A stretch of DNA of 64,000 nucleotides from Haliotis rufescens. Its lineage: Eukaryota. The position numbers and the translations under genes were made by a program. Below the pieces are notes generated by a model. That model searched no databases. It was given only the letters and a program-made list of their open reading frames with translations, and was not told where the DNA came from. Positions 48,201 to 59,395 of the stretch are shown here, one piece after another. The stretch lies in the NCBI RefSeq assembly GCF_023055435.1, contig NW_025964001.1, forward strand, positions 1,674,001-1,738,000. Reading direction: 5' to 3'. Each line of letters starts with the position of its first letter. The first letter of the stretch is position 1.

Positions 48201-51200
48201 TGACTGTTTGAACAGAGTGATTAAAGCTCAGTTTATGCTCTTATTATCTACTACATGAATACCTGTCCCAAGTTCTATTAAGGCTTATATTTCCGGGCAA
48301 TACCTCAGAACTGTGTAAAACCCCATTTGTAAGCTCCATTATCAAAACTGCATAACTGGGGTAAGCTGTGCGAATATGTGGCCTGACTTTAAACCCATTG
48401 CTTAGACACTACAGTGTTATTGTCCAGCTACGGTATACCATAGTATATGTGTAATCAATTCTGGATGGATAAGAGAGCAGTCAAACAGTTCAGGTATTGT
48501 ACTAAGAGCAGATCGATACGTATGGTTTTTGTAAGATGACAGCGTCTGCTTCACTGTCTCACGTTAAGGATATTTGTCAGTTAATTCTCCACATGCTACA
48601 TAGGTTTTCATCATATCATTAAGGTTGTACTTTTGAATAATGTCAAACATTTCTGAGACAAAGTCGTTTGGCGAGCTCCATGCAAAATATTTACCAAGTT
48701 TCCAGTGGAATTGTTTCTTTGATTTTAATTTAATCGTCCGGCAAATAACAGTTTACATTTATCAATGTATGTCTTCATTGACCATAGTCCAAGTGTTCCT
48801 ACACTAGTTCTCGGTGATCTCTTTGGTAAACCTTGTACACGTCTAGCAAAAGCTCTTTGGACTCTTTAGAGGTTAGTAAAGTCTGATTTTGAGAGGTTGA
48901 TAAGTAGTTCACATCCATAAAGAGCAACTGAAAGTATTACACGCTTCCAGACATATACAGAGAGTTCATGGCTGTAGAAGATTTTTCACAGGCTGACTTG
49001 GCTCGGCATGTGGAGCTTCCTTTTGATGTGAACAAAAATTCCTACTTGTTGTGTTTCTTCTACTTGTTTTACAATAGTTTGTCCAAGTTTGCATCTTTGA
49101 TTTAAGTGTCTGCTTTGTGTCTTACTGAATGTCATGGAGCAGCTATGTTGGAGCTTTTCACGAGGCGCCACTTTTAGGCAAAGTCATGGATTGTGTCAAT
49201 ACGAGATTGCATGCCATCAGTGTTAAAGCTCACTAGAATAGAGACATGAGTCAAGTCCAGGTATGTTCACATGGGCCATGTTTTGCTAAATGGGGTAGAT
49301 CTCAATACTTTTATCAGGTCATCAAGAAAAACAAGAAAAAGGCCATGCAGACATAATTCTTCTCTGCCCAACACCACGTGAGATATGGAAGAAATCCGAC
49401 GAACACCCTTGAAACACAATAGATGCTCGTGCTAAAGTGTATGAATGCATGCTTTATCGCCAGCACTTTGACTTTATGCCCTTATCGTTTTCTTTGCGTA
49501 CCAACCATCTAGCCATATGCGGTCAGAAGCCTTTAAGTTATGTTGTGTAAAGAGGTGTATTAGAGTTGACGTAATGTTTGATGCACTCCAGAAGTATCCA
49601 TGCAGCCATTTAGGCTCCATTCGTCTTCTGGAAGTCAAACTGTAGCACAACTGGAACGTATAGGTCGTTTTCCTCAATTCACTGTTCTGTTCTATTAAGA
49701 ATGGTCTTTTCAAAGAGTGTTCCAATAGCAGATGTCAGTGTGATACCTCTGCAGTTCGAGAATCTGTTTTGTCATTGCTAATTTTTTATGAAGAGGAATG
49801 GTAAATCCCGTTCAGTATGATTAAGGAACATATTCAGACTTTATAATTTTGCAGCATATTTCAGATGTTATGGTTTTAGGAAGGATCTATATATGCCACG
49901 TGGAATGTATTTCTGTGACAATAGGCTTTGTACAACATGTTGCTCTAAATTCTTCAATTACTTCGTATTTCCATCCTCGCCTGCTGTAGACCATTTCATA
50001 ATTGTTTTCCTGCCTTTCATGTTTTGAATAGTTAAGTCTATTTTAGAGAATGTGAATATTGCTTTGTATTGGATAGTGGTCTCATATTTCAAATGTAACA
50101 TTCTGACCACCTTGATGGTCCTCAACACAACTCCGTATGTGTCCTGGAATAAGTACATAAGTCATTTGTGGATCTTACTGTCTTTTGATCTGTATGTACA
50201 CTGTGGGGGCAATGGTGAAATAGCCGATGTTGGGACTAGTGGTCTTTGTAGGCTCCGTTTTTTAGTAAGAGTTTGAATCCTGCATTTCAAGTGATACAGA
50301 ATATTGTTAATTTCTCTGGTTCGTAGATGAATGTCGGTTTCCAATTATGAAGTCACGTGTGTCACGATCATGTGATTAATAATTATGAAACTATTATTGC
50401 ACGAGAATACTTGCAACCGAGTCATTTTACGTTTGAATAGTGCAGAGGAATACTAAACATTATTACACTACACCAATATGGGGTAGAACAAGTTTTTTCT
50501 CAGATGCCAAATTTGTTTTAGTGGAAAATCGGCAATGTCGTCAAATCTGTTATAAGCAGCGCGGTAAATTGAAAATCCACGAATGTAAAATAATTAAACA
50601 AAATTTGATAGAAAAGAGCTGGTCGGTTGAGCTAAGGGGAACTTGTGCTGTATCACACGACTTTTACCGACTTGTAAAAGCATGTCTCTTCCCTGGCAAT
50701 ACAATAATGACAAAACCACATATACCCCGAGTGATAATGTTACACCGACTTTATCTTGCCGACATATTTCTATCTGCCATTGTAAAATAATTAAAACAAA
50801 ATTGAAGTTTTATAGAAAAGAGCTGTTTCGTTACGTTGGGGTCAACTTCTGCTGTATCTTGTGACTTTAATTGACTCGTAAATGACTTGTAGCTCTTTGG
50901 CTCGAAGCGTGTTAGGGTATAAGGGATTTATTCCCTGCTCAGAAATGTATAGCCTTCTCAGATGGGTTACCTGGTATTTTATCGAGATAACATGAATCAA
51001 TCAGATCTTAAAATTCTGACATTTCAAAGTCACCAATTTCACTGGTTCACTGATAAGGTATGTAGATTGCCTCGTAGCGGGGTGTGAGAGATTTATTGTT
51101 CCGCTGAGAAATGCACGTCCAGCCTGTTTTCTTCATGGTAGTGTATAACGGATTTGTTTACCGCTGTGAAATGTATTACCCTCTACTCTCAGGCGGGTTA

Positions 51201-54200
51201 TCAAATCAGAATTCGGATGTGGGAGTAAGAATCTAAAGAAACTAAAATTGAGTGATAGTAAAGACAGAACACTGTTACTAAGGATATGTTGGAGTATAAG
51301 GGAGCGACAGCGTCATGACATCAGCCCATTATGGCGCAACTCATAAGGTGTACGTTTTCGCAGGATACCTTTGATTTTCCAGTGAACCCCTCTTTGAACA
51401 GCTAATATAGGTGTATTGTATCACTAAGGTGTCAAACCCCAACTATCAGCTAAAACATATATCTGATATCCGATTACGGTGTAAAACACCATTCGTTAGC
51501 TCAAATGGACACCATCTATTTTTGCAGAACACATCCGTAAGTGAATGCCCCGTTCAAGCCAAGATGCAAATTCTCAGTAAAACCCAGACTGGAACACATG
51601 TTGAAACCGTGGGTTATATTGGGCGAGATGAAACAATGGAGCTGAAGCATCAGCTCTATCACGGCAGCAATTATGGATTTCACAACCGAACGTTGATTGT
51701 CGGGACTCTGGAGGTATTTAGAATACACTTCATAATTTCGTTGCTTTGTTCTGTGGTCTTCAGTGTAAACAGCGCACTTGAAGATCATATTGAGAACATC
51801 ATTGATTTTCTGCCGTTCTCTTTACATACCATTACATTCTGTATCACAGTTTGTTAATGTGTTGATTTATACACCTGTGCATCAACACCTGATGCTGTTC
51901 TGTATATGTCTTTAAGGCTGTTTATGAACAATTGTTTAAGACTTGCTTTAAACCCTTATTCCTTTCTCTTAGGCCGGTCAGTAACTGACTGAATAGTCGG
52001 GCTAAATTGAAAACCTCACGATAAGCGTTCACTTCCAAATTCAAAGGAACCGAGATCTAAATTGAAACACAGCATCTTTATCTCAATTCTACCATGATTA
52101 TTCTCTATGACTCTTTGGAGTGAAAACAATGAGGGAAGCGGAATAGGTGTACGCTGGATTAGAATGGGTTGTCTATTTCTATTCAGGAAAAATATGCTTT
52201 TCTCACATGTATGGCAGGCACAGAAATAGTGTAGCACAACTACTGTTTTCTGTGTAAGCCAGCATGAAATATGCACCAATATACACCATAGATACACCAT
52301 AAGTAAACCTGAAACTGATTGTGTCAAAACTTGTAAACAGATGTGGACGAGTTTACTGCTTCCGTCGCTGTGTTCAAACAAGGATAACAGAGTTCGCGGC
52401 AGTAAAAAAACTCATTCGTGTTTTAGACTTGTAACTCATATAAAAATTTGGAAGGGTCTGCCTTAAGGGAAATTGGTTTGGTAACCAGGAAGTATACACA
52501 TTTCATACATATTACATATTTACTTTGACGTAAATGACACTCTGTCAGTGCAAAATATATTTAGTAGGTTGTATATGAAGACGTCAATCATCTGGGGAGT
52601 GCATCGTAGCTTTGTATTACCGACCGGAAGCGAGCACATTTGCAAGAGTTTGCAGTTAGTTTAAGTTGTACTGAAGGTGGACCCTGAAGGGCTTCTAAAA
52701 ACTTACTTTTAATATCAATGTTTCAAATGTTAATTCTGCTCAGCTATTTTGGTTAATCGCATTATGTTTATGATTATATGTGTCATTAGCAACATGATCA
52801 GCAACATGTTCATAATGTTTATAAAGGAAACAGGCAATTGTTGAAATTCATCACAGGACAAGAACATGAAATAGCCCGGGCGAGGTTTTGTCATCGCAAT
52901 ATTCATTGTATTGATACAGTGGGCGCCATTTGTGATCAAGAGAGTGGAAAATGGTTCTGTCAGGTTCGGCGGCCTTTGCATCCAGCTGTTGCAGGAACTG
53001 GCCAAACAACTCAACTTCAGGTTTCATTTTTCAGTGTTTAATGTTTTTTCAATGTCTCTTTGTGAGTGTGTGTGTACTATCACGAGGTGTAAAATTGTTT
53101 TTGCTTAATCATGACACTAGTATCAGCATGCAAGGTAAATCCAAGGTTTCCTTTTCGTTGATGAACGGTTGTTACTGAAGTATACTTGTGTTTGTCAGCT
53201 ACACCCTCGTGGAGCCCGAAGATAGGGAGTGGAGTCGGGTACTGAACGGCAGTTGGACGGGCCTGGTGAAGTTACTTACTAATGAGGTAACAGTCATAAT
53301 ACACAGTAACATTTAGTGTCTGTTAAGTGTGCTGGCATAAATATAAGGTCCAACGTCATACGTCAATACTCTTATCATCGTTACATCGAAGTAAAACGTT
53401 ACCTTTCAATTTGGGCATGTACCAAATTTTTCCAGACGAGTAACATCACATCACGTTGGCGTCATAATAACTGCAGTTCATATAAATGGTGTTGAGGTGA
53501 AATGGGGTTTAACTTCGCGTCCAAGATTATTGCACTTATATAGTGACGTGCATGCACGTGTGTGTGTGTGATTGCTTGTGCAAAGTCCTGACTGATGCCG
53601 ATTATAGTGCTAGCACACTGAGATACCATGCCGCAGTTTAACATGAATACCCCACTCAGACACAGTATACTAACTCCGAGCCTACCAGTGCTTGTCTTAG
53701 CCCCTTAATACCAAGCGCCAGACAGGGTAACAACAAGTACCATCTTTTAACGTCTTTCGGACCTTCCGCTCTCCGGTGGACGCTATACCACTGGACCATG
53801 GAGGCTTGTCAGACCATATGAATGTTTATGGGTTAACGTGATAAAACGTTTCAAATGATGTCAGACTGGGAGTTCATTTAAAGTGATTATGAGCAACTGT
53901 GAAACCGACACATTGTATCTGTGTCATTAGCATTTGTGAGTGAATATGGGTTTACGTCACTTTTAGCAATATTCCAGCAATATGACGATGGGGGATATCA
54001 GAAATTGGCCTCACACATTGTATCAATGTGGGGAATCGCACCCGGGTCTTTGGCGTGACGAGCGAACGCTCAAACGACTAAGCTACCCCACCGCCACTTT
54101 GGCATAAGAATACGATCGGTCAACATATCAAATATTTAGTTACCAGACAAACAAAGTGGTATTCCAAAAGTGACTAGAAGTGCCAATTTTTGTGAACATA

Positions 54201-56890
54201 GTCCCCCTTTAATGTGCACACTTACAGCTTGTTTATTAATTCAGGAGTAAAAGTAGTTGTTTTCACACTTACAGGAAGTTGATTTAGTTGTGGCACCGAT
54301 GGCTGTGAGTGAGAGCAGATCAAAAGTCATCGACGTCACACTCCCATTCTTCTACGTCAACTCAGCTCTTATATTCGGAAAACAAGATCCCAATACCAAC
54401 AAATGGTTGACCCTACTCTCCCTGTTCCGCTATGAGGTTCTCATGTGTATCCTCGTCTCCCTCATCTTCTCCACTGTCTTCCTCTTCCTGATAGAAGAAG
54501 TGACACCTGTCCATTCGTGGACAGACGACAGACCCACGGATATGCCGACCCGTTATGGGGATATATTCTGGTATCATTTTGGAGCCCTAATGGCGAAAGG
54601 TAAATCAACATGGTCTCAACAGCAAAGTTTCCAAAATGCAATTCATAAGCGATGAATTATTATTGCAATATACATGTTCATTTGAAAACCTACGTTGTTT
54701 TGTGATTCTTCACAAGAATGCAAACTTGGTATCTCCGTGAAGGAATACCTGTCATATTAATTGTTGGCAACCTTTTATCTCGTTTGACATTGGTGTATAA
54801 AGCAACGGAAAAGATACCACATTACGCATTATCACCCGATGAGACAAAATCAGAAGACAGCTCATTATACTGTTGCAACGTTCGATGCAGATACCAGAAC
54901 ATTTATACACAGGTGCATTGATGTTTAATAAAGCCTTTATCATTATTTCAGGAGGAGCATATCTCCCCAACACAGAGTCCGGACGTACAATGCTCAGCTG
55001 CTGGTGGATGTTCACGGTGATAATGGCGGCTACCTACAGCGGTAATCTCATAGCCTTCCTCGCCGACGGGCGACAGAAACCTCCCTTCTCCAACCTGGCT
55101 GAGATGGCGCAGCAGGACACATACCGATGGGGTTTTCTCGGAGGATCGTCGTGGGTCACTCTTTTTCAGGTCAGTACATGTGCAATATGTATGAGTTTGG
55201 CTTGACCCAATACCGGACTTCTTGCGTGACGAGCCACCAGGCATGCCATACACAGTTACCCAAAAAACTGACTTCTCTTTAAACACATTACCATATGTTA
55301 CCAAATCTGAAGCTCTAGCAACTGATGTATTCAGTATGCTTTCTCTTTCTGCTCACCCCTTTCGAGAACACTTTATGTCATCACTGATTTTCGGTTGTCC
55401 ATTCATATAACTTTCACAGCTATTTTGGAATCTTGACGGCTATTTCACAGCTATTTTATAATCTAGACGGGTTAATCTCTTGCATTAACATTTATATTTA
55501 CTATAGTGGCTGCATGAACTACTAGCACAACGGAAACAGTTTTCACAGGCAATGACGGCAATGTAATCGTAGTGATCTGTGAAAGGGAGGCATAAGATTA
55601 TTAATAATATTTAATGATATATACAGAACCCATGGCCTGTTTTCAGGAATCCAACATATCCGTTTATCAGAAAATATGGCACCATGTGGAGGTAAACATG
55701 GCCAACGACCCTAATTGGTTGAGTAAAGAGGGCGATGAGCACCTGCGCCGAGCGGCCGAGAGCCAGTTCGTCTACCTCGCGGAAGAGTCTACTTTGGAGA
55801 TGTGGGACGACCCACGGAGGTGTGATTTACAAATGATAAGGGACAGCTTCCATTACAGCAAATATGCAGTTGGCCTACCCAAGCACAGTATATACACCCA
55901 GATAATCTCCAAACAGTAAGTACAGGAGTTTTTCATTTTTTGTTTTATAATTATCCTCATATTAAGGATTTTCGGACGCTTCAGAAACATTCGTCCCTAA
56001 TAACATCTCACTTACCTATAAAAGACATGTACACATCTTCAAAACAAGCCATCATCCAAGTATTTACGATGTCAGTGCATCTTTTTTGCTGATCAAAATT
56101 AATCTGACCTACCATGCTATGATACTTCAACTTGACCACCAATTGTTATTGAAGGATTAGCTGTGTCAGCAAGCGTCCCACCTGAATACTTTCAATAACC
56201 TCATTTCATGCTCTTTCGCACCCATCCATTCATTTAAATCTTATATCGGCTAAATACAGTCAATGAACGATGTTAGGCCTCCCACATATTTATTACATTG
56301 CAGCGATGTACACATATTAAATGATGTAACGTGAGGCGCATAGATACGTTTTTGCATAAATATTAGTTTGATGTTTTGGTAAATATTTCAAATATTTCAC
56401 CTTTTTCAAAAGTTTAAATTAAATCGCCATAAAGCTACCGTTTGCGTAAATCCTAGAAATAGATTGAGGGCAATATAACAATATTAATCCGGTTTCCGAA
56501 TAGACGTTTGCGCATCCCTGTTGAGGAGGATAATGTTGTATACTTTCCATTCACTTTTGCAGAATATTAAAAATATTTGAAAGTGGCCTCCTGCATATGT
56601 GGTGGAATCAATGGAAACCCAAACATCAGTGTGAGCCACTAAGCAGAAAATCGAAGAGGATGGACTTTTTAGCCTTGCAGAGCGCATTCTATGGCGCAGG
56701 GGTGGGTGTGGCCATGGCACTCGTGGTCCTTATGATTGAAATCATTAATAACCGGAGATGTAAACAAAGAGAGCAAGCACGGTCTGAGAGTGTTGAAGAG
56801 TCAGTTTGCCCTGTTAACGTATCTCAGGATCAATCCTACCAAGACACACCTTCTAGACCCTGTGTTGCAAAAGAAGGAGTGAGTAAGTGA
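45140..56890 (+). CDS. iGluR/ionotropic receptor (IR)-like gene B, complete, 13 exons: 45140-45215, 45664-45801, 46002-46301, 46929-47110, 47564-47737, 48054-48143, 51528-51713, 52920-53020, 53199-53286, 54275-54599, 54952-55169, 55647-55915, 56563-56890
   Basis: All introns are GT-AG with consistent phases; the exons sum to 2475 nt (824 aa + stop). Signal-peptide-like start MSGLCTLQLIIFVMYSSAQVWTLSL; N-terminal domain with WKTLVVI; S1 WAPFV, DLVVAPMAVSESRSKVID; pore FGALMAKG; M3 AATYSGNLIAF; S2 FVYLAEE, YAVGLPKHS; M4. The 5' exons are less certain than the core. Confidence 0.9.
45664..45801 (+). CDS. gene B exon 2
   Basis: cttaccag|AT...G|gtaat; open frame DILLNIKEHDKCPHPVMC... Confidence 0.65.
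46002..46301 (+). CDS. gene B exon 3 (NTD)
   Basis: tttcag|TG...G|gtagg; LVRPDSMEVVIRGINVILGHVKWKTLVVI resembles an iGluR amino-terminal domain segment. Confidence 0.72.
46929..47110 (+). CDS. gene B exon 4 (NTD)
   Basis: taacag|TT...CAG|gtagt; NLLVMCPSECAQKLLNQ. Confidence 0.78.
47564..47737 (+). CDS. gene B exon 5 (NTD)
   Basis: tgtcag|GCT...CTG|gtaag; homologous to gene A 1711-1881. Confidence 0.82.
48054..48143 (+). CDS. gene B exon 6 (90 nt, phase 0-0)
   Basis: tttttttag|AAC...AAG|gtatc; NLEIITKHLSSLEKILMTDQAADKTQWIRK. Confidence 0.6.
48400..50300 (-). mobile_element. Highly degenerate LINE RT remnant in gene B intron 6
   Basis: Minus strand 49690-49810: GFTIPLHKK...NCRGITLTSAIGTLFEKTILNR; 49310-49410: QGVR.. 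and LFLVFLDDLIK; boundaries approximate. Confidence 0.6.
51528..51713 (+). CDS. gene B exon 7
   Basis: ttgcag|AAC...GAG|gtatt; YGFHNRTLIVGTLE. Confidence 0.85.
52920..53020 (+). CDS. gene B exon 8 (S1)
   Basis: WAPFVIKRVENGSVRFGGLCIQLLQELAKQLNF. Confidence 0.9.
53199..53286 (+). CDS. gene B exon 9 (S1)
   Basis: YTLVEPEDREWSRVLNGSWTGLVKLLTNE. Confidence 0.9.
53936..54096 (-). mobile_element. tRNA-derived SINE family B
   Basis: Same sequence family as 56879-57048. Confidence 0.8.
54275..54599 (+). CDS. gene B exon 10 (S1 end, M1, pore)
   Basis: EVDLVVAPMAVSESRSKVIDVTLPF...FWYHFGALMAKG. Confidence 0.93.
54952..55169 (+). CDS. gene B exon 11 (M3, S2 start)
   Basis: PNTESGRTMLSCWWMFTVIMAATYSGNLIAFL. 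Confidence 0.93.
55647..55915 (+). CDS. gene B exon 12 (S2)
   Basis: ESNISVYQKIW...FVYLAEESTLEMW...YAVGLPKHS. Confidence 0.92.
56563..56890 (+). CDS. gene B exon 13 (M4, C-tail)
   Basis: ttgcag|A; ILKIFESGLLHMWWNQW...LQSAFYGAGVGVAMALVVLMIE; the stop TGA lies in a SINE tail. Confidence 0.88.
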
Positions 56891-57048
56891 GTGAGTATGG
56901 TTTTACGCCGTTTTTAGCAATATTCCAGCAATATCACAGCGGGGGACACCAGAAAAGGGCTTCACACATTGTACCAATGTCGGGAATTGAACCCGCGTCT
57001 TCGGCGTGACGAGCGAACGCTTTAACCACTAGGCTACCCGACCGCCCC
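56879..57048 (-). mobile_element. tRNA-derived SINE family B overlapping the gene B stop codon
   Basis: Minus strand GGGGCGGTCGGGTAGCCTAGTGGTTAAAGCG...GGTTCAATTCCC...(ACTC)n tail; imperfect TSD TGCAAAAGAAGGA / TGCACAATAAGGA; more copies at about 61582-61750, 61817-61955, 62086-62215. Confidence 0.88.
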
Positions 57049-57679
57049 TGCACAATAAGGACCTTATGGCGGCTTGGCGTATGTAACCCCATCTTAATTA
57101 TATCAGCAGATATTAGCAGCAGTATTAGATATGTCGATTATGTTGTAAGGTATTATCGTCCATTGGTATCGCTGTATCGTATAAAATCGGAAGAAGGATC
57201 TCATCAGGATCAGCTCGAAAATCGGTCGTGTCGACGACCGTCGTAAGCATCTGTGAATAGAACATACTGTCAAATCCAACTGACATTCCTGTTGACATAT
57301 CCACCAGGTAATTAGAAATGATCTACCCTGTCTGCACAAGGAGGCGTTGGAAGCTGGTTTGTTACAAGATTGAGACCCCTGCAAATTTGCCAAAATCCTT
57401 GTTGATGGCTGATTTTCTTTTAGCAATGGTCTCACCATGCGCTTGTTTTTCTTGGCAGTCTGTTTCCGTCTCCTGCGTATACAGTCTGCTAACATCAACA
57501 TCAAGATTGTTTAATGATTTTAAAGCGCTAACTACTTTGGAATGAACGACTTAATGTTGGTAATTAGTCATACGTGACTGAGAGAAGACTTGATAACTTT
57601 GCAAGAATGTACATTTTTACAATTTCATGTGTTACCACAAGATTTACCCAATGCACGAGAAATGGAATCTGTTGTGGCG

Positions 57680-58350
57680 GATAATCAAGACTGGTTATTC
57701 ACTAACATTGGCGTTTTATATTTACTTGAACTGGGTCGATGTTTATGCTGTTGGACTGAAGTCCCCGAGTTTCATCATAAGCTGAGTAGCATGTCCATTA
57801 GCCGGGGCAACTACAAGAGAAATGTTTGGGCCTGGACAGTAAAACTGAACCGCCCGCTCCCCCACTAATATGTTTTTAAACGTTTTTCTTCAGAAGCAGC
57901 AGAATCTCTGCACTTGTACATAGCAGTCGTAATACATATCGTTTTTGTAAGTTTCATCAAAATCAGTAAATGCACTATCGTGTCACTGGATTTTATGGTC
58001 GATCAATCACTTGATAATCAAGACTGGTTATTCGCTAACATTGACGTTTTATATTTACTTGAACTGGGTCGATATTTATGCTGTTGGACTGAAGTCCTCG
58101 AATTTCATCATAAGCTCAGTAGCATTCCTATGCTGAGACAACGACAAGAGAACTGTTAGGGCTAGACAGTAATACTACAGCAACCATACCCCCTCCTCCC
58201 CAAATAATATATCTAAACCGTTTTTCTTTATTTACAACAAGCAGAATTTCACTTCAAGAAGCGCTTGTACACAGCAGTCGTTATACCAAATTAACATATC
58301 GTTTTTATTTGTTTTAACAAAATCAGTAAATGCACTATCGTGTGACTGGA
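57680..58350. repeat. Diverged tandem duplication, about 330-bp unit (57680-57990 and 58013-58350)
   Basis: Both units start GATAATCAAGACTGGTTATTC and end AAAATCAGTAAATGCACTATCGTGT. Confidence 0.9.
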
Positions 58351-58594
58351 CAGATCACCGTCGCATGGCAGAAGTACTGCTGTGCGGCGTCAGAAAATTA
58401 ATACATTTTTATGCCAATTGTGTGAATAATGTATACTTTTCACATGTTTTTTTTGCTTTTTACGCTCAGTGGAATCCGTTTCGGCGGAAAATCTAAGACT
58501 AAGACTAAGATTTAGATCTAAAACTTTAAACGTGATCCCAGCTTCAACTGAAATCAATTTAACAAATTGTTTAACCCAATTCTTCGCGAAAGCG

Positions 58595-58632
58595 TGTGTG
58601 TGTGTGTGTGTGTGTGTGTGAGTGTGTGTGTG
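58595..58632. repeat. (GT)n microsatellite
   Basis: Direct observation. Confidence 0.95.
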
Positions 58633-59153
58633 ATTCACCCCTATCCGTGGTCCGCCATCACCACACCCGTGCACGTATAAAGACTGTGACATAAGTCATT
58701 TCTGTTTTTATCACATTAGGCTGATATTTTAATACCTTACCTGGGCCCACTTGCACAACGCGATCTCAGCGCTAAGATGATCTCAACTCCCATACTTTAA
58801 CATAGGCTTACAATACTTACAACAACCAAGATCTTCTCAACTGAACAAGTAAAGTCAAAATATTTGCTTCACTTTACATTATCCTCATTAGCCCCCTCCA
58901 CACGCAGCCCAGACAGCGAATGGGACTTCTCCCAGGCAGCGCTGCCTAGTCAAACCCACCAAGCCCCTTTATGCCGAGCGCCAGACAAAACGTGCCATCT
59001 TTTAACGTCTTTTGTTATGACATGGCCGGAGATCGAACCCCGTACCTTCCGCTCGCCGGGCGGACGCTCTACCACTAGACCACGGAGGCGATCTGTAAGA
59101 GTGAGAGTGATTTGGGACTGATGCCGATATTGAAGAACAGGGCACCGCGTATG

Positions 59154-59395
59154 TTTGTTTGGTTGTATTAAACGCCGCATTCAGCAAGATTCAAGCTACA
59201 GGACGACGGTCTGTGAATAATCGATATCACGAGCACCGATCCACGCAATTCATCCTGGTATACGATGATATGCATGAATCACGTCAGCGAGGATGACCAT
59301 CCGGTCCCTTCAGTCGCCTCTAAAGACAAGCATAGTCGGCTTTTATGGCAAGCATGGGTTGCTGAAGACCTATTCTACCCCCGATCGTCACGGGT
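59154..59395 (-). mobile_element. Family A retroposon, diverged copy
   Basis: Tail to pseudoknot start; the corresponding remnant in the other duplicate is at 34150-34209. Confidence 0.75.

Noticed and set aside
50585-50885. Diverged repeat pair about 200 bp apart in gene B intron 6
   Set aside because: Looks like the internal repeat of an unidentified element; no termini or function supportable
56879-57048. tRNA-like A/B box sequences (also near 5420-5487, 17630-17734, 26850-26961)
   Set aside because: They are SINE heads with tails and TSDs, not cloverleaf tRNA genes
57103-57504. 133-aa minus-strand ORF with RRRRKQ..KRMVRPLL, resembling a Harbinger transposase N-terminus
   Set aside because: No catalytic motifs or TIRs found; too degenerate to call. 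Part of it is duplicated at 31750-31855.
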